DNA of 63,751 nt, counting the filler, from Lama guanicoe (Eukaryota), in the NCBI GenBank assembly GCA_013239625.1. It is 204 parts of 204 records of this genome, joined end to end, with 100 filler letters (N's around TTAATTAATTAA, not from the genome) between each part and the next. Parts side by side here need not be neighbours in the genome. Positions count along the whole stretch, not along the records: positions 36,621 to 36,833 come from PNXV01037374.1; positions 36,934 to 37,146 come from PNXV01037375.1; positions 37,247 to 37,459 come from PNXV01037376.1; positions 37,560 to 37,772 come from PNXV01037377.1; positions 37,873 to 38,085 come from PNXV01037378.1; positions 38,186 to 38,398 come from PNXV01037379.1; positions 38,499 to 38,711 come from PNXV01037380.1; positions 38,812 to 39,024 come from PNXV01037381.1; 196 more parts are not named here. One strand, written 5' to 3'. Of this stretch, positions 36,521-49,281 are shown in pieces; position 1 is the first letter of the stretch, and every line of letters starts with the position of its first letter. The notes under the pieces are model-generated. The model was not told the origin of the DNA. It was given only the letters and a program-made list of their open reading frames with translations, and did not search any database. The position numbers and the translations under genes are program-made.

Positions 36521-36620
36521 NNNNNNNNNNNNNNNNNNNNNNNNNNNNNNNNNNNNNNNNNNNNTTAATTAATTAANNNNNNNNNNNNNNNNNNNNNNNN
36601 NNNNNNNNNNNNNNNNNNNN

Positions 36621-36737
36621 ACAATTTTTCAGTCATACATGAACATATATATATTCATTGTCAAATTTTCCTGTGAGTTACCGTAAGATCTTGTGTATAT
36701 TTCCCTGTGCTCTACAGTATAATCTTGTTTAATCTAT
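36621..36737 (-). mobile_element. Camelid-type L1 3' UTR, 5'-truncated
   Basis: acaatttttcagtcatacatgaacatata...taagatcttgtgtatatttccctgtgctctacagtataatcttgttt. Confidence 0.8.
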
Positions 36738-37246
36738 TAATAGCAGATTTTTATGCGCCTCCTCACTTCCCCACAAGTCTTCCCGAACCTGAGTCCTTCC
36801 AAAACTCACCTCCCAACAAAATCTTCCCAAACCNNNNNNNNNNNNNNNNNNNNNNNNNNNNNNNNNNNNNNNNNNNNTTAATTAATTAANNNNNNNNNNN
36901 NNNNNNNNNNNNNNNNNNNNNNNNNNNNNNNNNTCTTGTATGATTTTGACTCATCTATTCGCTTTTCAGTGGATGTTTGGCACGTTAATTAGTTATGCAG
37001 TGTTCCCCATTGGTACTTCTTTGACTGGTCCTATTGCGTCAATCTCTGTAGACATTTTCTTCCTCTCTAGTTAATGCCAATAATCACATACCTCTGAAGC
37101 ACCGTCATTTTCAGATGTGCAATGTTTGTCTGAGAGACATACAAGCNNNNNNNNNNNNNNNNNNNNNNNNNNNNNNNNNNNNNNNNNNNNTTAATTAATT
37201 AANNNNNNNNNNNNNNNNNNNNNNNNNNNNNNNNNNNNNNNNNNNN

Positions 37247-37416
37247 GCTGCCCGCAGACGGCGAGGTGGCCGGGCGCTGGGTGGTGAAGCTGGTGTGGGG
37301 ACATTGCGGCTTGGAGGGGTCGTTCACCGCCCACTGGTCAGCCGCCACCTCGCAGTTGTCGACGACCTCCCCACTGGGCAGCACGCAGTCGTCCACGGTG
37401 GTGTTGGTGCACGTGC
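37247..37416 (-). CDS. MUC2: Mucin-2 partial internal exon (C-terminal VWD4 region)
   Basis: Acceptor ccttctcccccacccag|GC, then (G)TCTNTTVDDCVLPSGEVVDNCEVAADQWAVNDPSKPQCPHTSFTTQRPA. Human MUC2 as recalled: GTCTNTTSDDCILPSGEIVSNCEAAADQWLVNDPSKPHCPHSSSTTKRPA. Confidence 0.93.
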
Positions 37417-38859
37417 CTGGGTGGGGGAGAAGGTCCCCGTGTGCCCGGGCCCGCCCAGTNNNNNNNNNNNNNNNNNNNNNNNNNNNNNNNNNNNNNNNNN
37501 NNNTTAATTAATTAANNNNNNNNNNNNNNNNNNNNNNNNNNNNNNNNNNNNNNNNNNNNTGACGTCCGAGCAAGTTTGTCCTCTGTGTCACCAACCAAAC
37601 CTGCCTCTGAGGGAGGGGTCCTGTCAGCCAACACCCAGGTCGGAAATTTTCATTTCCTTAACCCTGGCACCCTCTCTCATTTTGCAAACCCAGGCTCCGG
37701 GTTTTGCATTTGTCCCGATTTCATACTTTCCTCTTGGAAAAGACAAATCTAGAAGCTTCCAGCAGCACCGCTNNNNNNNNNNNNNNNNNNNNNNNNNNNN
37801 NNNNNNNNNNNNNNNNTTAATTAATTAANNNNNNNNNNNNNNNNNNNNNNNNNNNNNNNNNNNNNNNNNNNNTACATGTTTCATGTTATAAGAAACTGTG
37901 CCCTGTTTGAAATGCACTAGAGTTCCATTTGCTCCAAAGCCCCACCAACAAAGAACAGTAAGTTTTTTAATTTGATCTATTATGACACATATGTAGCAGC
38001 ATCTCATGTGTTTATCAGTATAAATTTAATAGATTTTGACACGTTCACCCTCATGAAACTGTCATTGCAATAAGACACTACACAGNNNNNNNNNNNNNNN
38101 NNNNNNNNNNNNNNNNNNNNNNNNNNNNNTTAATTAATTAANNNNNNNNNNNNNNNNNNNNNNNNNNNNNNNNNNNNNNNNNNNNTGGGGTATGTTTAAT
38201 AAGCCAGGTGAGCCCTATGCTCAGGGAAATTTGGGAAATACCTGGAGGGAGGAGGTAGGCAGGAAGGTGAGCGATGCCAGTGGTTAACTTAACCTCTTTA
38301 TGGGAATCGGTTGATTAGATTATATCCCAGTGGAATGGAGAGAGGGAGCGAAATCCAGGATAAGCAGGTTTTTGGGGGTAGAGATGGTGAAAGGATTTNN
38401 NNNNNNNNNNNNNNNNNNNNNNNNNNNNNNNNNNNNNNNNNNTTAATTAATTAANNNNNNNNNNNNNNNNNNNNNNNNNNNNNNNNNNNNNNNNNNNNGG
38501 CAGAGTTGTTTGGCATGGGCCTCGCTCTCATGAAAATATTTGAATTTTAGGAGTCAAAATGAGATTATAAATACAGGCAGAGATGACAGTAAAACAAAAT
38601 AACTCTTGTACAGCTTTCAACTTGGGCCGCATGTGTGAGATCACGTGTCCTGGGGACTGTGGTTTTTTTTTTTTAGAATCATGAACCGAATTATTCCATC
38701 GTAGGTCACTGNNNNNNNNNNNNNNNNNNNNNNNNNNNNNNNNNNNNNNNNNNNNTTAATTAATTAANNNNNNNNNNNNNNNNNNNNNNNNNNNNNNNNN
38801 NNNNNNNNNNNGCCAAATAAAACATAACTCTTAACTTTTAGGCTGCGCATTTATTTCCG

Positions 38860-39024
38860 TAGACAGTGGTCACCAATTCCAGCAAGCAGTTCTCTCCATC
38901 ATCAGCGGGGTGTCCTAGAAGTCAACTCAATTCTGACACCATGTACCCAGATATAGCATCAGATACCTCAGAGGAGGGCTCGATTCTTCAAGACTGCTCC
39001 CCCCGCTACTTCAGCAACCAATTA
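38860..39024. mobile_element. MER21-like LTR fragment
   Basis: ggggtgtcctagaagtcaactcaattctgacaccatgtacccagatatagcatcagat...caagactgctcccc. Confidence 0.75.
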
Positions 39025-39124
39025 NNNNNNNNNNNNNNNNNNNNNNNNNNNNNNNNNNNNNNNNNNNNTTAATTAATTAANNNNNNNNNNNNNNNNNNNN
39101 NNNNNNNNNNNNNNNNNNNNNNNN

Positions 39125-39337
39125 TACCCATTTGTCAGTTGAATGGACATTTGGCTGATTTTACTTTTGGTTATTATGCATAAGGAGTATGAATATTATG
39201 AATGCCATGAACATTCATGTACAAGTTTTTGTGTGGACGTATGTTTTTATTTTTCTTAGGTAACACACCTGGGAGTGAATTGACAGGGTCGAATGGTTTA
39301 AGTGTTTGAGGAAACGTCCAGATTTTTTTCCAAAGTG
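39125..39337 (-). mobile_element. L1MB/ME fragment
   Basis: tggacatttgg...ccatgaacattcatgtacaagtttttgtgtggacgtatgtttt...tttgaggaaac...ttttccaaagtg. Confidence 0.85.
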
Positions 39338-39437
39338 NNNNNNNNNNNNNNNNNNNNNNNNNNNNNNNNNNNNNNNNNNNNTTAATTAATTAANNNNNNN
39401 NNNNNNNNNNNNNNNNNNNNNNNNNNNNNNNNNNNNN

Positions 39438-39650
39438 GTGCACAGTCCCCAGAACGTCCTTACACTTGACAGTGATGGCAAACTTGGAGGATGCCCCAAA
39501 CCACTCTCAGTTGGAGAATTCCCAAGAAGGATGCACAGAACTCCCTGACAGCTGGCACACTCCCAGGTCTGGATTACCACAGGGAAGGATGCAGGTTCTC
39601 GGCAGCCACAGGGCAGAGTCTGGGAGGGTTTCAAACATGAAGCTTCTCTT
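39438..39650. mobile_element. MER77-like ERVL LTR fragment
   Basis: ccccaaaccactctcag...cacagaactccctgacagctg...cagggaaggatgcag...gggcagagtctgggagggtttcaaacatgaagctt. Confidence 0.65.
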
Positions 39651-39750
39651 NNNNNNNNNNNNNNNNNNNNNNNNNNNNNNNNNNNNNNNNNNNNTTAATT
39701 AATTAANNNNNNNNNNNNNNNNNNNNNNNNNNNNNNNNNNNNNNNNNNNN

Positions 39751-39963
39751 GTAAGCCAGAAAGAGAAAGAAAAATACCATAAGTGGAATCTAAAAAAAAG
39801 AAGAAGAAGAAGGAGAAGAAGAAGAAGGAGAAGGAGAAGAAGAAGAAGGAGAAGGAGAAGAAGAAGACGACGACAACGATGACAACGATGACGACGACGT
39901 ATGAACTTAAATATAAAACAGAAACAGACTCACAGACTCATAGATGTAGAATACAAACTTGTG
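39751..39963 (+). mobile_element. Camelid-type L1 ORF2 end/3' UTR with an internal microsatellite
   Basis: gtaagccagaaagagaaagaaaaataccat..gtggaatctaaaaaaa[(AAG/GAG)n(GAC/AAC/GAT)n]atgaact..aaaacagaaacagactcacagac. Confidence 0.88.
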
Positions 39964-40524
39964 NNNNNNNNNNNNNNNNNNNNNNNNNNNNNNNNNNNNN
40001 NNNNNNNTTAATTAATTAANNNNNNNNNNNNNNNNNNNNNNNNNNNNNNNNNNNNNNNNNNNNTATTCCCATGTTGTGGGTTCTTGGTTAATAACCTCCA
40101 AATCCCATGGAGGTGCACTCGCTAATACTTGCAATTAGAGCCCAACCCATCCTTTCCTCAGCACTCCGTATCAGGCAACAAAACGGGGAAGACCACTTAA
40201 GCGATTTTATAAGAACCAAGGCCCTGGTCTCAATTGGAGGAGGCTGCCCACTCTCAGGAAAACTGTGCAAGTGTTCNNNNNNNNNNNNNNNNNNNNNNNN
40301 NNNNNNNNNNNNNNNNNNNNTTAATTAATTAANNNNNNNNNNNNNNNNNNNNNNNNNNNNNNNNNNNNNNNNNNNNTAATCTGTAAAATATGGATTTACT
40401 GTGTCATCATAACATTCTCATGTAAAAAGCACCTGGCAAATTATGGACACACGCTCAAGAAAACGTGTAACAAACACCTTTCTCCCCTTGCACCTCCAAC
40501 TCCTACTTGGAAAAATAGATTTCC

Positions 40525-40535
40525 TGTGTGTGTGT

Positions 40536-40566
<31 letters not shown>
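40525..40566. repeat. (TG)n microsatellite with one TA interruption
   Basis: Directly visible. Confidence 0.95.
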
Positions 40567-41941
40567 AAGAAAGAGAGAACTCTTGAGTGNNNNNNNNNNN
40601 NNNNNNNNNNNNNNNNNNNNNNNNNNNNNNNNNTTAATTAATTAANNNNNNNNNNNNNNNNNNNNNNNNNNNNNNNNNNNNNNNNNNNNTCATTATACTT
40701 TCTGCATCCATCCAAATGCATCTGTGGGTTACCAGAATTATCACTGGTAACGTCGAGAAGAATATAATTAATTGGCCATGAACACCCCAGTTTGTAGACC
40801 CACACTTTGAACGTCTATGACTAAGCCAGTACAGGCACCGTGCTGGGATCACATTTGATTCTTTCAAGGTTTTTAGAAATTAATACGTATGTCTACAAAA
40901 CANNNNNNNNNNNNNNNNNNNNNNNNNNNNNNNNNNNNNNNNNNNNTTAATTAATTAANNNNNNNNNNNNNNNNNNNNNNNNNNNNNNNNNNNNNNNNNN
41001 NNGGCTTTGACTCCCATGGTGTTCAGCAGAGTGTCATGACAGCCATAAAATCTCCTAGTTACATGTGAGACCAGTCTCTCCATTTTGTTATTTCAGGACT
41101 TGAATGCTCCAAACCACTTGGAAGATAGATGATCTGAAAAAAAGAGAGAGAGAGATAAAAAGAGACAGACAGAGAATATAGCAACATGAGCACATCTTCT
41201 AACATACGTAGTGAANNNNNNNNNNNNNNNNNNNNNNNNNNNNNNNNNNNNNNNNNNNNTTAATTAATTAANNNNNNNNNNNNNNNNNNNNNNNNNNNNN
41301 NNNNNNNNNNNNNNNTGTGCACTAGAGGAGTTCAGTCTGGTGGCAGAATCAGGTGTGCACCCAGGTGATTCCCGCACAGTGTGACTGAGGCGTATTAGAG
41401 GCATGTGCAGGGAGCTTTGGGACCATTAGAGGTGACAGATTCTTTGTAATCTGGCTTTGGGGTGACTGGCCAGCAGATATGAGGATTCAGGGTGACCTGG
41501 TTTTAGCTGTAGATGTAGAGTCTGTACANNNNNNNNNNNNNNNNNNNNNNNNNNNNNNNNNNNNNNNNNNNNTTAATTAATTAANNNNNNNNNNNNNNNN
41601 NNNNNNNNNNNNNNNNNNNNNNNNNNNNGCGCCCGAGAAGAATCAGTCACTCAGTAAATACCACTGAGAATGGGGAGACAGCTGGTTTCAGGCATCAGCC
41701 CCAGGAAGCTTCTAGAAACCAGTCCTGGCAGCGCAAAAGGCCAGGGTTTCCTGGACAGAAAAGGCTGAGGTCACAGGGAGAGCTGCCCTCACGGATGCAA
41801 GAAGGCCCACCTTGGCCAAGAGGACTCCTGACTCCCAGTCCNNNNNNNNNNNNNNNNNNNNNNNNNNNNNNNNNNNNNNNNNNNNTTAATTAATTAANNN
41901 NNNNNNNNNNNNNNNNNNNNNNNNNNNNNNNNNNNNNNNNN

Positions 41942-42154
41942 TACCAGCAGGGAGAGGAAGGGGACAAGGACAAGCTGGGGGTAAGGGATTACGAAGTACA
42001 AATTTCCATGTATAAAATAAAAAAGGTACAAGGCTACATTGTACAGCACAGGGAGTATGGCCAATATTTTATAGTGACTGTAAACGGTTAATAATCTATG
42101 CAATATTGAATCACTACACTGTACACCTGAAACTAATATTATATATCAACTATA
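41942..42154 (+). mobile_element. L1 3' UTR end (laurasiatherian type)
   Basis: ttgtacagcacagggagtatggccaatattttatagt...tgaatcactacactgtacacctgaaactaat...atcaactata. Confidence 0.9.
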
Positions 42155-42601
42155 NNNNNNNNNNNNNNNNNNNNNNNNNNNNNNNNNNNNNNNNNNNNTT
42201 AATTAATTAANNNNNNNNNNNNNNNNNNNNNNNNNNNNNNNNNNNNNNNNNNNNAAATTAAAAAAAAAGTTTCACGGTTTCCAATACATGTGTGATGAAA
42301 AATGCTTCAAAATTTCCCCGTACATTTCCTTGTAAGATTTAGATCTGTATGTCTCATAGTCTTGAACTGCTTATAATCGGGCAAGAACAGTAAGATGAAG
42401 TAAGAATCGTCATTTTTTAAATGCTGTTTTTAACACTCTCCACAATTTCAGCTCCTTCATTTTCCAANNNNNNNNNNNNNNNNNNNNNNNNNNNNNNNNN
42501 NNNNNNNNNNNTTAATTAATTAANNNNNNNNNNNNNNNNNNNNNNNNNNNNNNNNNNNNNNNNNNNNACTCAGATGTTAAACCCCAAATCTAATCTAATT
42601 T

Positions 42602-42685
42602 GGGGGGAGCGTATAGTCCAGTGGTAGAGCACAGGTAGAGCATGCATGAAGTCCTGGGCTCAGTCCCCAGTCCCTCCACTAAAAA
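42602..42685 (+). mobile_element. tRNA-derived SINE, camelid Vic-1-like
   Basis: ggggggagcgtatagtccagtggtagagc...gcatgcatgaagtcctgggctcagtccccagtccctcc with an A tail; degenerate A and B boxes. Confidence 0.8.
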
Positions 42686-42880
42686 CATTTTACGCCCATA
42701 AATTATAAATTCAAATTGTAAACCAAAGAATCTACATTTTAATTGGTACTCCATGTTTGGCAGTCTTTTCTGAGGTCTTTNNNNNNNNNNNNNNNNNNNN
42801 NNNNNNNNNNNNNNNNNNNNNNNNTTAATTAATTAANNNNNNNNNNNNNNNNNNNNNNNNNNNNNNNNNNNNNNNNNNNN

Positions 42881-43001
42881 TGAGGATGGGGCAACTCTTC
42901 TTTTCCCAGTTACACCAGCACACCTGGGACAAATTCCTGTCACAGTCACAGCTGTCTCACTTGGTGCTTCTGATGCCGTCACCCAAAGAGTTTTAGTGAA
43001 G
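42881..43001 (+). CDS. CD109: CD109 partial internal exon (alpha-2-macroglobulin family)
   Basis: Frame from 42882 reads EDGATLLFPVTPAHLGQIPVTVTAVSLGASDAVTQRVLVK|gtaagg. Human CD109 as recalled: EDGATVLFPIRPTHLGEIPITVTALSPTASDAVTQMILVK. Phase-0 donor. Confidence 0.92.
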
Positions 43002-46000
43002 GTAAGGATTTGAAGTCTAAATAAATGAAATGGAAATTCATAACTGAAAAGGAAAGAGAAAGTGGTTTTTGTCTTGGTTAAATCTATTGGCAANNNNNNN
43101 NNNNNNNNNNNNNNNNNNNNNNNNNNNNNNNNNNNNNTTAATTAATTAANNNNNNNNNNNNNNNNNNNNNNNNNNNNNNNNNNNNNNNNNNNNACAACAG
43201 AAAGAACTGGTATAAAACTAAAAATGGATTATTGAAATTAACTATCCATAAAATAGTTAATTCATTAAATTTGCCCATCAACTACTTACGCGTATTCTTC
43301 GTACTTATTTTAGATTTGAGAGGTAGAAATATGTCCAAGTCCCAACACTTGTTCTCCATTTCACCTGTGCATTGTTTTATCATTGTTTATGTGTATTCTT
43401 CTCTTTNNNNNNNNNNNNNNNNNNNNNNNNNNNNNNNNNNNNNNNNNNNNTTAATTAATTAANNNNNNNNNNNNNNNNNNNNNNNNNNNNNNNNNNNNNN
43501 NNNNNNTTTTTTTCAACTGGCCATCCGCCTATATTCAGTTCAAAAAAACCCCAAAAACTCCAACCTGGAATCTTGGATAGTTAATCATCACAACACAGTT
43601 TTCAACAATACATGAATGAGTTTATGCTAACTGTCAAGAGTACTTGGTGACCCAGCAGGAAATGACTTCATTCTGTTGAACTTGCTTCTCACAGCAAGAT
43701 TAGTAATTAAAAAAAAAAANNNNNNNNNNNNNNNNNNNNNNNNNNNNNNNNNNNNNNNNNNNNTTAATTAATTAANNNNNNNNNNNNNNNNNNNNNNNNN
43801 NNNNNNNNNNNNNNNNNNNGAGCTTCCATGGTAGAGCCTTATGGCTGTCATAGCCAATTATAGGCACTACGATGGCAGAGGGCCAGAGGATAAGGAATAA
43901 ACACTCAAATAAGCAATTAAACAAATAAAGATTTGCAAGACGAGACAGAACGAAAACATTTTCTTCTTTATTTGTAGAATTACACTTACTTCACCTTTGG
44001 TCACTCAGCCAAATGTTTTCTTTCTCAAATAANNNNNNNNNNNNNNNNNNNNNNNNNNNNNNNNNNNNNNNNNNNNTTAATTAATTAANNNNNNNNNNNN
44101 NNNNNNNNNNNNNNNNNNNNNNNNNNNNNNNNTCTTGGAGCCACCAGGTCTTTTCTGTGTGTCAGCCACACAGAGAGCCACACAGCCCTCCAGACGGGCT
44201 TTCTCTTGTCACGGAAGTGTGGGATCAGCCCCAGAGTTTGTGTGCCATCCGTTCAAACAGTCACCAGAGAGTTACTATCATCCATGCCCTGATCCCGCAA
44301 CACAGGTGTCTAGGACAGATGCAGGCATCATTCAGGTGGAGTCGGNNNNNNNNNNNNNNNNNNNNNNNNNNNNNNNNNNNNNNNNNNNNTTAATTAATTA
44401 ANNNNNNNNNNNNNNNNNNNNNNNNNNNNNNNNNNNNNNNNNNNNTCTCCTCAGTAGCTTCCCTGAGCCCAAGTGAGTGTGTGACAGTGGAGCCAGAGCC
44501 CCCTCTGAGGCTGATGAATTTCCTCTCGAGTTGGTCGGGGCTGTCCAGTTTCCCCCAGTGACTCCTGCCTGCCGCTGAAGTGACTTCCTTCCTGTCCCCC
44601 AGGCCACCGACAGAGACTCCATGCCTTCTGCAAAGGTCTGGCTGAAGTGCTCCCTCCGNNNNNNNNNNNNNNNNNNNNNNNNNNNNNNNNNNNNNNNNNN
44701 NNTTAATTAATTAANNNNNNNNNNNNNNNNNNNNNNNNNNNNNNNNNNNNNNNNNNNNAGCCAACACTTGAGCATTGGGGACGACTGTCAGAGCTCTTTC
44801 TCTGGTACAACATTGTAAATGTGTCCGAATCTGTCATCTTCTTCAAAAATGATAAGTGACTACACTTAATGGCACTGTGAAAAAAAATTGAAATATCCTA
44901 TTGAATATATTCATTACCCAGGGCATTTAATACATACATACATTTTTTTCCTGATAAATCTAGAGTCATCANNNNNNNNNNNNNNNNNNNNNNNNNNNNN
45001 NNNNNNNNNNNNNNNTTAATTAATTAANNNNNNNNNNNNNNNNNNNNNNNNNNNNNNNNNNNNNNNNNNNNCTTGCCTGATTGTTTGCCTAGGCCACAGT
45101 GTGGGGGAAAGTGTGGTATGCGCTCTAAAACCAAGAATTATCGAGTGCCTCTCCATGGGAATTGGATCTTTTTATCCTACAACTCCCAACCTGGGAATAA
45201 CTGTGCCCCCTGAAAGATGCTTGGACTCTGATTCCCCACCTCCAGCAAACAAACGAGGAATTCTTCTGGTATCCTGAATGTGGGNNNNNNNNNNNNNNNN
45301 NNNNNNNNNNNNNNNNNNNNNNNNNNNNTTAATTAATTAANNNNNNNNNNNNNNNNNNNNNNNNNNNNNNNNNNNNNNNNNNNNGTGTATACCAGCGAGG
45401 AAACACAGAACCACCCTCCAGGAAGTGAAATGAACGCAAAGGGAGTCTGGGAGGCCAAAGCCAGAAAAAGAGTCTGAAACACAGCCACAGGATTTCTTTT
45501 TTATGAGCCTTCAACCCCAGTTGTAGGCAGGGATAAAACTCTAATGTGTAACAAGCCAACTTGGACAGATGTTTAGAAACACCATTGATTAAAGGGTNNN
45601 NNNNNNNNNNNNNNNNNNNNNNNNNNNNNNNNNNNNNNNNNTTAATTAATTAANNNNNNNNNNNNNNNNNNNNNNNNNNNNNNNNNNNNNNNNNNNNGCA
45701 TCTTCCTCCCTTTTTATCTGTCCTTTATAAGGAAAATAAATTATTCATTGCATACCCCTTGGTTTTCAATGAAATGTTAACTCTGTGGAAGCTACTGATA
45801 ATTTCACTTAATAATGGTGATAGAATGAAAGTTTCTGTCCACCATTACACTCTTTCTAAGCATCACGAGAAGACAGAAATCTATTGGATACAGGGTAGAA
45901 AATGCCACACNNNNNNNNNNNNNNNNNNNNNNNNNNNNNNNNNNNNNNNNNNNNTTAATTAATTAANNNNNNNNNNNNNNNNNNNNNNNNNNNNNNNNNN

Positions 46001-46364
46001 NNNNNNNNNNAAAAGGCTTAGCCATCTAGATGGGCAACTTTGATTTGTTCTATCTGCCAGAAAATACAGTTTAAATCCAACCTACTTGGGGTTTTACTTT
46101 GTTAAACCTGACTCATGACTAAAATTTTAAAATGAAAATTATAAGGTGTCTGGCTTGTATGTCACAGATGTATGGTATTGTTATGGAAACGACAGGCCAG
46201 CCAAGAAACAAGCACCACTCGGANNNNNNNNNNNNNNNNNNNNNNNNNNNNNNNNNNNNNNNNNNNNTTAATTAATTAANNNNNNNNNNNNNNNNNNNNN
46301 NNNNNNNNNNNNNNNNNNNNNNNGAGAAATTCCAGCTCTAAGCTAGGTAAGAGGTGAGCCTAAA

Positions 46365-46486
46365 GACCATGCTCTGCCAGAAAGCAAGGAAATGCTACAA
46401 GACTAGAGGGACGTCTCAGAACGACACAGGACTTGCTTTGAAAGGCTCCCCCTGCCCAAATTTGCGACACTTGAGCATCAAAAAAA
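46365..46486 (+). mobile_element. L1MC4-like 3' UTR fragment
   Basis: gccagaaagcaaggaaatgct...gacacagga...ttgaaaggctccccctgcccaaatttgcgacacttgagcatcaaaa. Confidence 0.7.
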
Positions 46487-47575
46487 CACCCCCCCCAACA
46501 CCTGGAATTAAAGCACTAATAACACATTGAATTTTANNNNNNNNNNNNNNNNNNNNNNNNNNNNNNNNNNNNNNNNNNNNTTAATTAATTAANNNNNNNN
46601 NNNNNNNNNNNNNNNNNNNNNNNNNNNNNNNNNNNNAAAGACAAAGCTAAAAAGCATTCTCTTAAAATTCCACCCCAATTAGCCATATGAGAATACTAAA
46701 TGACCATATGCTACAAAGGAATTAAATCCGTTGTATTTACACAGCCATTTAACATATAGGAAAAGCAGAGGACCGGAGACCTACCTCCAAGTTATTTTTT
46801 TGTCATGACCACGTAGACATTGCAATAGTTGTGCACTCTTTAGGCATTANNNNNNNNNNNNNNNNNNNNNNNNNNNNNNNNNNNNNNNNNNNNTTAATTA
46901 ATTAANNNNNNNNNNNNNNNNNNNNNNNNNNNNNNNNNNNNNNNNNNNNCTGGCAGGCTGCCGGCTGCACAGGCGGGGGTTCGCGCCGTTCTCACGACCT
47001 CTCAGGTTGCCTGAGCTCATCTGGGAGCTATTCATTTCCTGCCAGAAAGCAGCCGGGCCTGCTAAGCAAACCACCTTGGCCGCAGGGCCGCCAGGGCTGG
47101 CCCGGCGTGGCCGCCCCGGCCTGCTCCCCGCCCGGGCCGCGCGGGCCCCGGCGGCCTCCCGGNNNNNNNNNNNNNNNNNNNNNNNNNNNNNNNNNNNNNN
47201 NNNNNNTTAATTAATTAANNNNNNNNNNNNNNNNNNNNNNNNNNNNNNNNNNNNNNNNNNNNTAAAAATATCAAGTAAGATAATTTATATAAAATTCTTT
47301 GCAGAATGCCTAGTATATATGCAGCAGACTAAATTAGGATTTGATCATTACCTATAATAATAATTGCTAACCTTCATACAGAACTTTATAATTTACCAAA
47401 TAATAACATCTCTCAACATAAAATTGGGGTTAATTTCTTTAGTCTTTAATTATCACAGAACTTTAAATATTTCAANNNNNNNNNNNNNNNNNNNNNNNNN
47501 NNNNNNNNNNNNNNNNNNNTTAATTAATTAANNNNNNNNNNNNNNNNNNNNNNNNNNNNNNNNNNNNNNNNNNNN

Positions 47576-47788
47576 ATTTATGTCAGAGAATGTTTTGCCT
47601 ATATTCTGTTCTAGGAGTTGTGATGTAATGCCTTATATTTAAGTCTTTAAACCATTTTGAGTTTATTTTTGTATATGCGTTGAAGGAATATTCTAATTTC
47701 GTTGATTTACATGCAGCTGTCCAGCTTTCCCAACAACAATTGCTGAAGAGACTGTCTTTTCTCCATTGTATATTCTTGCCTCCTTTGT
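47576..47788 (-). mobile_element. Young L1 ORF2 fragment
   Basis: atttatgtcagagaatgttttgccta...ccattttgagtttatttttgt...ttgctgaagagactgtcttttctccattgtatattcttgcctcctttgt. Confidence 0.95.
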
Positions 47789-48201
47789 NNNNNNNNNNNN
47801 NNNNNNNNNNNNNNNNNNNNNNNNNNNNNNNNTTAATTAATTAANNNNNNNNNNNNNNNNNNNNNNNNNNNNNNNNNNNNNNNNNNNNAACTTCTTCCCA
47901 GCTTTCCTCAAAGTGATCTAGGGCCATTTGTTAAAACTATTGCGCCCTGGGGAAGCAAAAAACCAACATCTCTTGTGGATGAGCAAACCAAGGTTCTGAA
48001 GTTACGATGATTTTAGGGGACACAGAACACTACCATGCTTACTGTAGTCACGGGCTGGCTTATCCTGGAGGAGTGATAAAATGCAGTGGAGTCTGAGCCC
48101 ANNNNNNNNNNNNNNNNNNNNNNNNNNNNNNNNNNNNNNNNNNNNTTAATTAATTAANNNNNNNNNNNNNNNNNNNNNNNNNNNNNNNNNNNNNNNNNNN
48201 N

Positions 48202-48414
48202 CATGCCCCTGGGAGTCTAGTGGGAGAGACAGGCAAAGCACAGGCGTACAGAGGAGCAGGGAGCAGGGTAGCTTCAGACAGGCAGCAGGGCAATAAGCAA
48301 AGTAACCGAAAGCCATGACGTGGGATACTGTGAGAGAGAAGTCTAGGGGTGGGACACGTGCTTCGGACTAGGTGGTCCAGGGGAGCCTCGCAGAGGTGGT
48401 GACATTCGCGTTGA
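48202..48414 (-). mobile_element. L2 fragment
   Basis: agtctagtgggagagacag...ggtggtccaggggagcctcgcagaggtggtgacatt. Confidence 0.65.
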
Positions 48415-49185
48415 NNNNNNNNNNNNNNNNNNNNNNNNNNNNNNNNNNNNNNNNNNNNTTAATTAATTAANNNNNNNNNNNNNNNNNNNNNNNNNNNNNN
48501 NNNNNNNNNNNNNNAGAGTACATAAGTGCCACCTGTGTCGGCATCTGTGACTCTGCTCAGAAACAGCTCAAGTTTGCATCCTTTTCCCTGTTGTTTATCC
48601 CAGATCTAGTGCAAGGCTGTGGTGTGGACTGGGCTGCGGCTGGGGGTCCAGAGGTTGCGGCTGCAGGAACTGAGGTGCCTGCACTGCTGCCTGAGATCCG
48701 GGCTGCCTCCATGACAGTCTTCTCCCANNNNNNNNNNNNNNNNNNNNNNNNNNNNNNNNNNNNNNNNNNNNTTAATTAATTAANNNNNNNNNNNNNNNNN
48801 NNNNNNNNNNNNNNNNNNNNNNNNNNNAAGATGGCAAATAAATAATACAATCATGAGAAGCTGCAAATGAAATAAACTATTTATGGGTAAGATAGACAGC
48901 TTTTGGGGCGTCAGTTCACAAGGTTTCCTTCTTCACTAGGAACTGTCTTCCCTCCACTCTAAATTTATAGGGGTGAACCCAGCAATCATATGAGTACAGC
49001 CTGGCTCTTACCACCAGCCACACCTGATTGTTCCAGATGTNNNNNNNNNNNNNNNNNNNNNNNNNNNNNNNNNNNNNNNNNNNNTTAATTAATTAANNNN
49101 NNNNNNNNNNNNNNNNNNNNNNNNNNNNNNNNNNNNNNNNTTGTAAAAGCTCTTATTCAGGTTTTCAGACTCTTAAGGACCACTT

Positions 49186-49281
49186 TATTATATATATATA
49201 TAAACACATATATATATCATATATACTTATATATAAATAATATGTAAATATATATAAATATATATATAGTATATATATTTA
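49186..49281. repeat. Degenerate (TA)n low-complexity tract
   Basis: Directly visible. Confidence 0.9.

Noticed and set aside
36164..36737. Contigs at 35996 and 36621 as two ends of one L1 insertion
   Set aside because: The flanks share no target-site duplication and contig order is arbitrary.
39783..40019. Highly charged K/E/T-rich ORF
   Set aside because: It is the translation of a microsatellite inside an L1 3' UTR.
48515..48727. Possible exon after ttttccctgttgtttatcccag
   Set aside because: Several frames on both strands are open and none matches a protein I recognise.
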